DNA of 63,475 nucleotides, the filler included, from Octopus bimaculoides (taxonomy: Eukaryota), in the NCBI RefSeq assembly GCF_001194135.2. It is 5 parts of 5 records of this genome, joined end to end, with 100 filler letters (N's around TTAATTAATTAA, not from the genome) between each part and the next. Parts side by side here need not be neighbours in the genome. Positions count along the whole stretch, not along the records: positions 12,022 to 21,759 come from NC_068995.1; positions 21,860 to 35,739 come from NC_068983.1; 3 more parts are not named here. The stretch is one strand, 5' to 3'. How positions within the stretch are numbered: position 1 is the stretch's first letter; each line of letters opens with the position of its first letter. The notes below the pieces were generated by a model. It saw only the letters and a list, made by a program, of their open reading frames with translations. It was not told the origin of the DNA and did no database searches. The position numbers were made by a program, and so were the translations under genes. Of the stretch, positions 13,871 through 26,710 are shown piece by piece.

Positions 13871-14433
13871 AAATAAGGATACTCAAACACACACACATAC
13901 ACATAGACACACACAGACACACATTTATATATACATAAATATATACATATGTATACACATACCCACACACTCACCCACATGTATATATCTCTCTCTCTCT
14001 CTCTCTTTATATATATATATATAAACACGCACAAACACTTGTATATTCGTATGGATAGATAAATATGAAAATATATACGCGTATACAAGTTTGTCTTGAA
14101 GTCACCAGACAGTGAATCAAAACCATTTAATTCCAAGATTTATATGTTTAACAAATGAATGAATTTAATAAAAGCATCTAAATATGAAATATGAAAACTG
14201 TTCAAACTGAAGTCTTTCTTGAGCGACAGATTTTTCCGTTCGAATCAATACAGAATTACCGACAGTATTTTTGGCCTACCCTGTATATCTCAGAATAAAT
14301 ATCTATGCACATGTGTGTGTGTGTGTGTGTTGTTGTTTATATGAATGTGTAACTGTTCATGTATTCTTTTCTACTCTAGGTACAAGGCCCGAAATTTTGG
14401 GGGAGGGTTCTTAATTTATCGACCCCGAAAGAC

Positions 14434-15185
14434 ACCGGAATCGTTAGTCATCTGTCAAGTCACAAGAACCTCAAACAGATAAAACTTTCCTTAAGATGTC
14501 CGCTGTGCCCAATAAGGTTGCTTTTTGCAAGACATCAATCTTGCATGGGATTTCCAGTTGCCTTACGAAGTTTTGAAGTGTCAATGGGATTGAGCCCAAC
14601 GCTACGATCACCACTGGTATCACTTTTACATTATCCTTTCGCATTCCATACAGTCTTGACATTTACATTTTCAATTCGGAGTACTTCGTGAATTAATCAA
14701 CCTCTTTACTCACAACATTCATGTCATTTGGTATGGCTGCATCAATGATCTGACAGTATTTGTCTCTCTTATTCATTATGACAATATCCGGCCGACGGTG
14801 TTCGATTACATGATCTATCTGAATATCATAGTCCCAGAGTATCTTTACTTTTCCATCCTCTTGCATAACGTTACTTGGTACATGCTCATACTAGTTCTCT
14901 ATTACTTCATATTGGTATTTACGGCATAAGTGTCAATGAAGGTACACCCACTTTATCGTGATGGAGCTTGCATTATGTATGGTGCAGGGCTCTCAAATCC
15001 ACTTACCAAGTGGGTCACATTTTCCACGCTCTTTTCGCAGAGTCTGCATTTCTGAGTGTCAGAAGTTTTAAAGATGTTATACTTCACTGAATTGGTAGCG
15101 AGAGCCTGGTCTTGTGCAGCAATGATCAGGCTTGCAGTGGTACACTTCAAATCACCTTGCTCAAACCATGCCCACATTCCTGTAT
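14434..15185 (-). mobile_element. Dong/R4-clade non-LTR retrotransposon 3' fragment (zinc knuckle + REL endonuclease)
   Basis: WAWFEQGDLKCTTASLIIAAQDQALATN...CRLCEKSVENVTHLVSG, RPDIV-type motif, and C-terminus KVIPVVIVALGSIP...IDVLQKATLLGTADILRKVLSV*; frameshifted. Confidence 0.88.
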
Positions 15186-15213
15186 TCTTCTTCTTCTTCT
15201 TCTTCTTCTTCTT

Positions 15214-15467
<254 letters not shown>

Positions 15468-15471
<4 letters not shown>

Positions 15472-15752
15472 TAGCTTTATTTTTATGGCGTGCTTTTCAC
15501 TTCACTTCCGAGCGCAGCTCTGTGTGCCATGGGTGGTTACTGTATTGAAAGTGTTTTGCGTAGGATGTGTGCAGTGCCCAGTAATGCAATTTTCTGTATG
15601 TTATATATATTTGTAAGTCCTGGTGTTTTTGTTATGTATTTGTCTGAATATTTTTTTTATTATACCTAAGGCACCTACTATAATAGGAATTGTTTCTGTT
15701 TTTAGATTCCACATTCGAGACACAGGTTTTTGTATTTTGAAAGTTTCTCCAT
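15468..15752 (-). mobile_element. Dong/R4 3' end (ORF C-terminus + 3' UTR) within (TAA)n
   Basis: Degenerate translation MEKLSKYKNL..VSRMWNLKTETIPIIVGALGII...IYNIQKIALLGTAHILRKTLSIQ*, flanked by TAA arrays on both sides. Confidence 0.85.
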
Positions 15753-15773
15753 TATTATTACTATTATTATTAA

Positions 15774-15821
<48 letters not shown>

Positions 15822-15839
15822 AACTATTCCAATTTAGAA

Positions 15840-16440
15840 AGGTTGTCTTGAATTTTGGTCACAAATCTTAGTATTTCTTTGTTGTTTATCCATTGATTCT
15901 ATTTTTCCAGGTATTTTCTTTTTTTGTTTTTGTGATCGTGCCAGGTCTCTTTGTTCTTGTTGTTGATCTAGGACTATTCATGTATTTTTGTTGTTTATTT
16001 AGATAATGTCATTGTTGATTTCAATGACATTATTTTGACCTCTGCCGCTGATATCACTTTTGTTTCTTACTGCTTCTGTCAATGTCCCTCTTGCTGTCTC
16101 ATTTGTTATAGCCGTTTTCTTATTACGCTCGACGTTGTTTTTGTTGCATTTGTTTTTGGTTTCTCCTTCACGTTGTTTTGTTGTTTCTGGTGTCATTGTT
16201 ATTGTTCCAGTTCTTGTATCTGCTCTTGTTGATGTAGATACGTCCGTTGATTCCTCAAAATTCACCTTATCGAATTCGATCCTTGCTAACGGAGAAACAG
16301 AACATAGGCTCCTCATAAAACCGAACCCACCACATCTTGTGAGCGGGCCAAGAAAAACAAGTTCATCTAAAGCATCCCAAAGAAGGAACACTGGCAAAGA
16401 AGGTTTGGGGTCGTTGGTGAAGGAGACGTGAAAGGAATAT
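15840..16440 (-). mobile_element. Probable 5' region of a LINE (N/T/K-rich ORF start), possibly Dong
   Basis: 162-aa ORF 15999-16487 with low-complexity T/N/K-rich C-terminal half, directly upstream of the Dong fragments on the same strand. Assignment inferred from position. Confidence 0.35.
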
Positions 16441-16856
16441 CCTTCCTTCCTAAATTCTATCACTACTCCGATTCCATATTGTCTCACGTTCTCATATATC
16501 TTTGGTTCCTTCTGTTACTAATTCATTCTTCACATCCTATGACTCCTCTCTCTCTCTATTTCTCTATCTCTTTCTCCCTTCCTCTTTCTCTCTCTTTCTC
16601 TCTCTCACTCTCTCTCTCTCTCTCTCTCTTTCACTTTCGCTCAATTGACATTGCTAGTCTTACAGAAAGCACCATATTTTCGGCAACATCTAACCACAAC
16701 TTCGTACACACATACGTGCATACATATATGCATATATGCATGCATATACATGAATACATAGATGTATACATATATATTTATATATATATACATGTATCCA
16801 AACACATATGCGTCTTTGCGCGCGCTTTTGAGTGTGTGTATGTGTGTGTGTGTGTG

Positions 16857-16899
<43 letters not shown>

Positions 16900-17652
16900 A
16901 CGTGAGACTGTATATTTGTGTATGTAAAAGATACAAAGTAAAGATGACAATGTGTTTTTGAAACACGCTTTTATGGCCTCAGTGTAAAAAGTAAATTTGG
17001 TGGCAAACCACAAGTTTTCATTTTTGTCTCCAGAATAAAGAAAATCAAATTGACTAGTTTCAGCCTTTATTAACGTCTCTTTAGATATCATTTATTCATT
17101 TCTATTCACAAAAGAACAGCAGCGTTTTGTTATTTATAGTATATATATAAACTGTAGAAAAACTAAATTACATACACAGATACATACACACATATATACA
17201 TACATATGACTATATATGAATATATATGTATATATATGTATATATACATACTTATACACATACATATATATTTATATGTATATATATATGTATATATATA
17301 CATACATATATACATACTCATATAAACGTATGTGTGTCTATGTGTGTGCATATGTCTTCATATTTTGTACGCATGTATATGTTTTATGTATATTTGTATA
17401 TATATATATATATTTACCTATATATGCTCGTGTGTGCACGTGTCTTTGTGCGCGCGTGTGTGTGCCTGAGTGCGTGCGTGTCAGCATAACTGTTTATGTC
17501 TGTTTATGTCAACCAGAATGTAAGTATTAGAAAATGGTGCCCTAAAATCTATTTTGATAATTTAGTTTATCTACTAACATGATTAATAAAAATTACTGAA
17601 CAACTTTTGCTTTTATCGGAGAAGTTGCTTCCTTAATTAATCTGCTCGTTAG

Positions 17653-17874
17653 GATCTGGTAATACCACTGCTTCCATTCGAATCTTTCCAAACTATACAA
17701 ACATCGGAGACAAACGAGTCATGAGACAGTATTTTCTACGTTGTTGCAATACAATGAAACGGGTTTCCATGAATTTAGAATAAACTTGGAACCAGTCACT
17801 AATTCAAGCGAAGAAACCTTTTTACGTGCGACGGAGACCAACAGAAGCAGACTGGAAATTGTTTTCACAATTCA
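17653..17874 (+). pseudogene. Possible frameshifted exon of a glycoprotein-like gene
   Basis: ctgctcgttag acceptor and TCA|gtgagt donor. Two overlapping frames (GSGNTTASIRIFPNYTNIGDKRVMRQYF / STLLQYNETGFHEFRINLEPVTNSSEETFLRATETNRSRLEIVFTI); no single open frame. Confidence 0.25.
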
Positions 17875-18377
17875 GTGAGTTACAGCAAATGACGAAACTT
17901 TTATTATTGACAAGATATGCTGGTGTTAGAAATTGTTAGAAATTTACATAATTCCATCTTGATCGGGTTGGTAAGAAATTTAAGAAGGTTATGTGTTAAT
18001 ATGCCGATGTTCAGGTATTAAGGAGTAAGCCGTTTAAGTAACGACATATGTAGAAATATTTTCGAGATGATGAAAGCCTAATGAATGTGAGTTTGTAGAC
18101 GAAGAGTGTAGTTGAAAGTCGGCAATCAGTGGCTAAAATTCTGTTCATGGAGCAAAAATAGTGTGAGGCCTTACGTCAAGGTGGACTTAGCTATTCGATA
18201 AACAGACAATGTCTAATTAAGTAATCAAATTCTATTCTAAATAATTGACTGAAAGTTTTGAAGAAGAAATCATAGGAGTGCGGTCGTAAAAAATTTGGAA
18301 GTATTGAAAAAATTAAATAAAAATTAAATCGAATGTTCATGAATGTGTCTATCTATCTATCTATCTATCTATTTATC

Positions 18378-18408
<31 letters not shown>

Positions 18409-18682
18409 CTGTCCCTCTTCCTACTCATCAAACCACATATAGAAATAGATTTAGTTGTATAAAATGCGGAAAGAACGCTACATATATGTATCTAACTTTC
18501 TACATTTATTCGAAGATGATGCTATCTCGCAAACACAGACACAAATTCGTAAATTTGCATATTGTATGAGTCTTCAGCATTTAGACCTCTTGCCGCCTCA
18601 ACGAACGTACAATGAAGCGAGAAAATCGCAGAAGCAGTAGAGTAAATGATAGGATGCTATAACATACATACATAATACCTAC

Positions 18683-18718
<36 letters not shown>

Positions 18719-18719
18719 A

Positions 18720-18788
<69 letters not shown>

Positions 18789-19808
18789 NNNNNNNNNNNN
18801 NNNNNNNNNNNNNNNNNNNNNNNNNNNNNNNNNNNNNNNNNNNNNNNNNNNNNNNNNNNNNNNNNNNNNNNNNNNNNNNNNNNNNNNNNNNNNNNNNNNN
18901 NNNNNNNNNNNNNNNNNNNNNNNNNNNNNNNNNNNNNNNNNNNNNNNNNNNNNNNNNNNNNNNNNNNNNNNNNNNNNNNNNNNNNNNNNNNNNNNNNNNN
19001 NNNNNNNNNNNNNNNNNNNNNNNNNNNNNNNNNNNNNNNNNNNNNNNNNNNNNNNNNNNNNNNNNNNNNNNNNNNNNNNNNNNNNNNNNNNNNNNNNNNN
19101 NNNNNNNNNNNNNNNNNNNNNNNNNNNNNNNNNNNNNNNNNNNNNNNNNNNNNNNNNNNNNNNNNNNNNNNNNNNNNNNNNNNNNNNNNNNNNACACACA
19201 CACACACAAATAAGATAAATTAAGAAACGAACAAGCAAAGTTAAAAACAAAAACAATATAAAAAAACAAAGGTAGCAGACAATCTCATTTTACTGTTTCA
19301 GCTTTTTGTTTTTTGCTAGGAACATTTTTGTATTTTGTTCGTTTACGTTTGTTGTTTTTCTTCTTATTTATTTATTTATTTATTTATTCATTTATTTATT
19401 TATTGCATCTTTCAATTTTTGTCGCTTTCGTGATTGTGTCGATGTTACATTTTGTATATAGAGAGAGAACCGGAAGTTTCAACTGAGCTGTCTCCGATGC
19501 TGAGATTCCAACTATGTTGGCAGGACACACTGGAGATATTCTTGGTCAGTGTTTAACTTCCGGTTTGTAACTTAAACCACCCGCTGCGACAGGCTTTGTA
19601 CGAAAAAGCCACATCCTAAACAAGAAACGAATGTATATGCGTGTACCTCTGCGCATGTATGTTTGTTATGCATCTATGTGTGGTGTGTGTGTGTGTGTGC
19701 GAGTGTATATGTATATATTTATATATATATATATGTATGTATGCGTGTATGTATAAATATATATATGTATATATACATCTATGTATATATGTTGACATAC
19801 GTATGTTC

Positions 19809-19862
<54 letters not shown>

Positions 19863-20044
19863 AGTATATACAATATTCTGTGAAGAATGGATAACGTTTC
19901 TAAGCGTTTTTATATGGGTCTGTCCATTTATTTGTCAGCCGATAAGTTTGATATTTTTTCTGTCTATAAGTCTCTTTACTTTATTTGTCCCTCTAGCCGT
20001 TCATCGCTATCTGTCTGACTTTCTTCCTGACTGTGTGTCACACA

Positions 20045-20089
<45 letters not shown>

Positions 20090-20090
20090 A

Positions 20091-20147
<57 letters not shown>

Positions 20148-20198
20148 ATCTCCCTATATATCTACCTACTATCGATCTGTTTGTGTCTCTCTCTCCCT

Positions 20199-20240
<42 letters not shown>

Positions 20241-20374
20241 CTGTACACATTTATGTTAACCTTACTTCTCTAGCGGTATGCTGGTAAGTCATACATATGA
20301 GGTTCAAATCCGATCAGAGCGCCGTTGCTTATTGCTTGTTTGAAATTACTGCTTATTATTATTATTATTACTCT

Positions 20375-20580
20375 TTACTCTTTTACTCTTTTACTTGTTT
20401 CAGTCATTTGACTACGGCCATGCTGGAGCACCGCCTTTTAGTCGAGCAAATCGACCCCAGGACTTATTCTCTGGAAGCCTAGTACTTATTCTATCGATCT
20501 CTATTGCCGAGCCGCTAAGTTACGGGGACGTAAACACACCAGCATCGGTTGTCAAGCGATGTTGGGGGGACAAACACAGA
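20375..20580 (-). mobile_element. SINE family A 3' half
   Basis: Reverse complement of the family A tail; CpGs largely intact. Confidence 0.85.
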
Positions 20581-21029
20581 CACAAACACAAACACATATA
20601 TATGTATATATNNNNNNNNNNNNNNNNNNNNNNNNNNNNNNNNNNNNNNNNNNNNNNNNNNNNNNNNNNNNNNNNNNNNNNNNNNNNNNNNNNNNNNNNN
20701 NNNNNNNNNNNNNNNNNNNNNNNNNNNNNNNNNNNNNNNNNNNNNNNNNNNNNNNNNNNNNNNNNNNNNNNNNNNNNNNNNNNNNNNNNNNNNNNNNNNN
20801 NNNNNNNNNNNNNNNNNNNNNNNNNNNNNNNNNNNNNNNNNNNNNNNNNNNNNNNNNNNNNNNNNNNNNNNNNNNNNNNNNNNNNNNNNNNNNNNNNNNN
20901 NNNNNNNNNNNNNNNNNNNNNNNNNNNNNNNNNNNNNNNNNNNNNNNNNNNNNNNNNNNNNNNNNNNNNNNNNNNNNNNNNNNNCCGGTATTGAGGAAGG
21001 ATAGAAATATAATAGATTTATAAGCCCAC

Positions 21030-21290
21030 GGGCATATGGCGTAGTGGTTAAGAGCGCGGGCTACAAACCCCAAGGTTCCGAGTTCGATTCACGGCAGCGA
21101 CCTGATTAATAATAGTAATAATAATAATAATAATAATATAATAATAATAATAGTAACATCGATAGGAATGAGAACCCAGGTTCGAAATTTCCCCAAGACA
21201 CCTGACGAAGGCTGGAGGGTATATCAGCCGAAACGTTGTGTTAACAACAAACAAGATGAGGACGAATATCCGTCAAATGTAAATAATGTA
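21030..21290 (+). mobile_element. tRNA-derived SINE with internal (AAT)n and hammerhead-containing 3' tail
   Basis: A box TGGCGTAGTGG (21037-47), B box GAGTTCGATTC (21080-90), (AAT)n linker at about 21107-21152, then a tail carrying the hammerhead and ending at aaatgtaaataatgta. Confidence 0.7.
21197..21242 (+). ncRNA. Minimal type I hammerhead ribozyme (Penelope-like-element type)
   Basis: GACAC (stem I) - CTGACGA - A - GGCTG gagggtatat CAGCC (stem II) - GAAA - C G T T - GTGTT (stem I partner). Palindromic AACGTT stem III; predicted cleavage after 21237. Confidence 0.75.
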
Positions 21291-21639
21291 TTATTATTAT
21301 TATTATTATTAAGTTATGTTGTGCACGAAACATTTTTATTAGTTCTTTATTTAGAGGTTTACGTTATTTATCTATTTATTTTATTTATTGATTGTTTTGG
21401 TGTTATTGTTGTGTTGGTCTTACTGAATGCTGTTAATGGTGACTGTTAGTCGCTATTAGTCTCATTAACCAATACCTATAACACTAGAATTGTCACCAGC
21501 ACCGCCACCACTCCTAACACTACTACCACTGGTACTAATACCACCACGACCAGCAGATACCATTATAACCACCAACAAAGCAAATTACACCGTAACAGCA
21601 CCTCCAAGGCTCATCTTTATCACTCCGGTCTCCCCTCTA

Positions 21640-21759
21640 CCATCATGAACACCACCACACCATCACCACCACCATTGCCATAACCACCATCACCACCATC
21701 ATTGCCAACACCACCACCACCACCACCACCACCATTGCCATAACCACCATCACCACCAT
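21640..21759. repeat. CAC-rich minisatellite (accaccaccattgccataaccaccatc-like unit)
   Basis: Unit recurs up to the assembly gap. Confidence 0.8.
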
Positions 21760-21859
21760 NNNNNNNNNNNNNNNNNNNNNNNNNNNNNNNNNNNNNNNNN
21801 NNNTTAATTAATTAANNNNNNNNNNNNNNNNNNNNNNNNNNNNNNNNNNNNNNNNNNNN

Positions 21860-21910
<51 letters not shown>

Positions 21911-22950
21911 GTGTGAGTGTGTGTAAGTATATATGCAAACTTGAATGTGAGTTCGTGTGTATATGTATGTATATACATATCAACATGTACCTTTTTTTCT
22001 CATATGTGTGTGAGCACGTGCAGATGAGGTTATAAACATCTATTTGATTATCTTTTCTGAAGTATACTGATATGTACGTGTGTATGTGTGTGTGTATTTT
22101 GTATGTTTGTGTGCTTGGTTGTGTATATGTATGTATGTGTGTATATATGAAGGCATGTGTATATGTATATACGCGTGCGTGTGTATTGGTATCCTTTGTT
22201 CCGTAAGACAAAACGATCTTTGCCCCGATCTTTATTTACTCGGAAGACAGCACACTAGAAGTCAAATGTAATATATCTTAAAATGTTGATAAGACTTTTA
22301 TGACTTGAATGCCTATACCCTCATTCCCCAGAATGACAGCATTTTTTCTTTTTTTCTGAAAGTTTTACTGCATTCACATTTTCCTCCTCTTCCGAAATTT
22401 GGCTCTTCCCCATCCCTACTCTCTCCATTATTTCGGTTCCGCGGTGCGCTTAAACGTTCATTCATTATTTGAACATACTTCTTTTTTTTGATTTGTTATT
22501 CAATTTACTATTTCTTGGCGGCAACGTAAGTTGATTTCTTGGCGGCAACGTAAGCGTCAGAGAGGCAATTTCAGCCTCATAACTATCTACGCTGGAGTGA
22601 GTTCGTTGTGTAATGCTCATGTAATGAACTTCAGTTAGTTAAGAAACATGTGTAGCATACACGTTATCTGTTCCATTGCTTTAAACTTCAAAAAAATTTA
22701 TTCGCATTGTTTGGAACGATAGCTGCTAACAGTGAGTTGTATAGCAACTACCAGCTTATCGAAATTATTTGTAAATTCATTATAAGAAAAAGTGTGTAAC
22801 GTACGATGCCAATAAATTGCTAAGTTATCGTATACTGCCCACTTTTCTTCTGTATATTAGTCGCGTACTGCTTGAAGCTTACTAACACACACACATATAT
22901 GTATGTATATGTATGTGTGTGCGTGTGTGTGTATGAACGCGTGTGTTCAT

Positions 22951-22998
<48 letters not shown>

Positions 22999-23074
22999 TA
23001 ATATATATATATATATATATAGTTCAAAACTTACTTGTAAAGGTAACGCGTGCGTTCGATCGTGTGATACAAAC

Positions 23075-23356
23075 AATATATGAGAATATGCATATATATG
23101 TGCATGTATGTGCATACCTTCATCTACATGTACATATAGATACATATCTGGGTACATGACGTTGCAAAATACATGGCCAAAATGATAAACAAGGTACAAA
23201 AATAAACAGGCCACATAGAGAAAATATCCTTCATCAGCTGCCAGCATTAAAACACTGGCGTTTTTGCAACGTCATGTACCCAAATATGTATCTATATGTA
23301 CATGTAGATGAAGGTATGCACATACATGTACATATATATGCATATACTCATATATT
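23075..23356. repeat. Inverted repeat: 95-bp arms, 92-bp spacer
   Basis: Arms 23075-23169 and 23262-23356 differ at 3 positions. Confidence 0.9.
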
Positions 23357-23365
23357 TTCTTTATA

Positions 23366-23399
<34 letters not shown>

Positions 23400-23877
23400 N
23401 NNNNNNNNNNNNNNNNNNNNNNNNNNNNNNNNNNNNNNNNNNNNNNNNNNNNNNNNNNNNNNNNNNNNNNNNNNNNNNNNNNNNNNNNNNNNNNNNNNNN
23501 NNNNNNNNNNNNNNNNNNNNNNNNNNNNNNNNNNNNNNNNNNNNNNNNNNNNNNNNNNNNNNNNNNNNNNNNNNNNNNNNNNNNNNNNNNNNNNNNNNNN
23601 NNNNNNNNNNNNNNNNNNNNNNNNNNNNNNNNNNNNNNNNNNNNNNNNNNNNNNNNNNNNNNNNNNNNNNNNNNNNNNNNNNNNNNNNNNNNNNNNNNNN
23701 NNNNNNNNNNNNNNNNNNNNNNNNNNNNNNNNNNNNNNNNNNNNNNNNNNNNNNNNNNNNNNNNNNNNNNNNNNNNNNNNNNNNNNNNNNNNNNNNNNNN
23801 NNNNNNNNNNNNNNNNNNNNNNNNNNNNNNNNNNNNNNNNNNNNNNNNNNNNNNNNNNNNNNNNNNNNNNNNNNNNN

Positions 23878-23909
<32 letters not shown>

Positions 23910-24493
23910 GAGAAACAGAGAGAAGGAGAGACAGAGAGAAGAAGAGAGAAAGAGAGAGAATAGAGAGAGTCCCCATAAATATCTTGTCCAAAGAATTCGG
24001 AATGGAATACAAAATAGAAATGTATGTCGGTATATATATATAACACCACCTCTGCGTGGGTGATTAGCGAAACTTTTAGTTGGACGGAGCCGAATGAAAC
24101 TGGTATAAAATAACTTACTTATGTACATCCAAGTAGGGTGATTTCAGTTATACTACATTACGTACTTTTAAAGGTAGCTTACTTGGGCTTGTCAGACTTA
24201 TTATTTTATAATTTGAATAAAAAAATAAAAAACAACTCTCATAAATGCAGACTTCCCGCCTTAGATGTATGAACAATATGAACTATCGTGTATGAGGATA
24301 TGCACGTGGTATAGATTAATTTATACGTAATGTCGTATAATATTTATAACCATTGTATATCCTATATACTGTTGAAAAGAGCGTAATTAAAGAATTAAAT
24401 ATAATACCATAGCTTCTACTTTTTGTCTTAACATGTATATAGGAATTTATGCGTGTTACTATGTATTTGTGCATATGTGTGTGTTTGTGTGTA

Positions 24494-24539
<46 letters not shown>

Positions 24540-25469
24540 TGCGTGCGTACGTAACTAATAAATAATGCATTTGATGTATCTGAAAATGGAACATTAATTT
24601 TTTTAATTTCACAGCGATGAATTTTACAGTTCATCGCTCATGGGTAACAGGAAACGTTATCTATCGCGTCGTAGATGGCTTCTTTTCAATCTGAATATCA
24701 ATATATTTTATATATATTTTATTTTCATTGAAAATTTCATTAGAGTAAACACTTGTTCATTTATACTTTCTAACACCTGACTAAAGTTCATTGTAAGCTG
24801 ATGAAACTGTAAATGACAAATATGGAGAAATTCGTCTGTTTAAATTCTTGAAATTTTTATATACTGGTATGACAAGGAAAGACTATTATTACAGGAAAGA
24901 CTGTCTTTCGTCAGCCAAGGTGACTGAGTTTATTATGAACTTTACGCGATACTGGTGAGGAACTATAACTTATATGTCCTAGAAGAAATTACTGTCACAG
25001 TCTATTTGTATCGTCGTTTACAGAAAATTCAAAACAATTTGGTAGCGCAAAATAAATTTCAGCAAAATAACAAAAAAAAAAANNNNNNNNNNAAAAAAAA
25101 AAAAAAGAAAGAAAAAAAATGATGTTATCGATGTTTTATTTTGATATCCAAATTTACTTTAATTCGAATACGTGAAGACATTTAAACGTCTCACAGAAGA
25201 AGACTAAAGGAGCTCTTAAACTTTTCCTTGTTTCAGTAAAAAAGTTTATATAAGATCAAGATAACATTTAGTATATAGACAAATAAGATAAAAAATGTTT
25301 TTGGTATACGGGTGTGTCTATCTCTCTTGTTTTTACTTTTTAACTACCTATATCTCTATATATGAATACATATATGAACGCGCGCGCGCGCGTGTAGTTT
25401 TGTATATGTGTGCATACAATTATATGTATATATACATATATATGTGTATATATATGTATATGTGTTTGT

Positions 25470-25507
<38 letters not shown>

Positions 25508-26369
25508 CAATGTTAATTCTCTAAATGAAGTATTAACAGTAACTGCACGATAAAGTGTAGTATATTGCCACTTAAGTGTCGCTGACCCCTAGGGGTGGAT
25601 GTTACTGTTGCTTTTAGCCCCAGGAGGACATCTCCTCCAGCTGGCTTATCGACACACGACTGTGTCCTCTTTGCCAAGGGAAGTTATCCCTCTNNNNNNN
25701 NNNNNNNNNNNNNNNNNNNNNNNNNNNNNNNNNNNNNNNNNNNNNNNNNNNNNNNNNNNNNNNNNNNNNNNNNNNNNNNNNNNNNNNNNNNNNNNNNNNN
25801 NNNNNNNNNNNNNNNNNNNNNNNNNNNNNNNNNNNNNNNNNNNNNNNNNNNNNNNNNNNNNNNNNNNNNNNNNNNNNNNNNNNNNNNNNNNNNNNNNNNN
25901 NNNATATATATATATATATATATATATATGGAAAATACTGTCTTATATAGAACATGCATGTTTTCTTCCTGGAATCAACATAAGATGGTACTCAAATTAT
26001 TTAGAGTGGTGTAAATAAACATCGTATTTAAAGGATGAAAAAGAAAATAGATGAAATAATGTTTTTTATTGATGTGCTATTATAGATTTGGAAATAGAAA
26101 AACAGAAATGATTGAAAAGTAAATTTATTCTATGTAGAGAATGGAAATAATTATGGAAAGAATTCAAAGATGCAACATATAGAAAATGAAATAATGGCTG
26201 GAAAACAATTACGTTCGGCCCGCATTTTATTTATAAGATTCAATAAACATATTTAAAAGAAAAATATTAATTATAAAATTAATATTTTAATTAATTTTTA
26301 GTTGTTTCTTTTCTTTGATGAATGCGTTTAATATATTCATTGCTAACTGGTTATATATATAACAAACAT

Positions 26370-26710
26370 TGTAAAATTAAATAGCTAAGGTGGAGGGGGC
26401 TTCCAAATGGGTCTCATGGAGTAGCGTCCCTGCCTTCGTGGGCATTTCTTAAAAATTGTGGAAGAGGCCTTAGTCTCGGGACCACTCATGTCTAGAAACT
26501 GTTGGGGGTAAGCAAGGGCATGCACTCCGTAGAAAATCTAGCTAAAAAAAAAAGCCTCATGATAGTAAAGGAGAATAGGAACCAGTCAGCCGAAAGGTTG
26601 GGGTGGGTTGCACCTGCCCACCACGGTTGCTATGGCATGAGGTAGCTCCGGTCACTTCTGTTAACGGGCACAAAACCTGAATTTAAAACATTGGATGATG
26701 ATGATGATAT
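26370..26710 (+). mobile_element. GC-richer interspersed repeat ending in (GAT)n, probable SINE or LINE end
   Basis: Abrupt GC-rich block in AT-rich DNA ending ggatgatgatgatgat; family not identified. Confidence 0.45.

Noticed and set aside
16300-16440. HDV-like ribozyme at the putative LINE 5' end
   Set aside because: The candidate P1 strands are only ~12 nt apart, too close to hold P2, P3 and L3.
22510-22554. 21-bp direct repeat atttcttggcggcaacgtaag x2 as a CRISPR-like unit
   Set aside because: Only two copies 3 bp apart in eukaryotic DNA: a simple tandem duplication.
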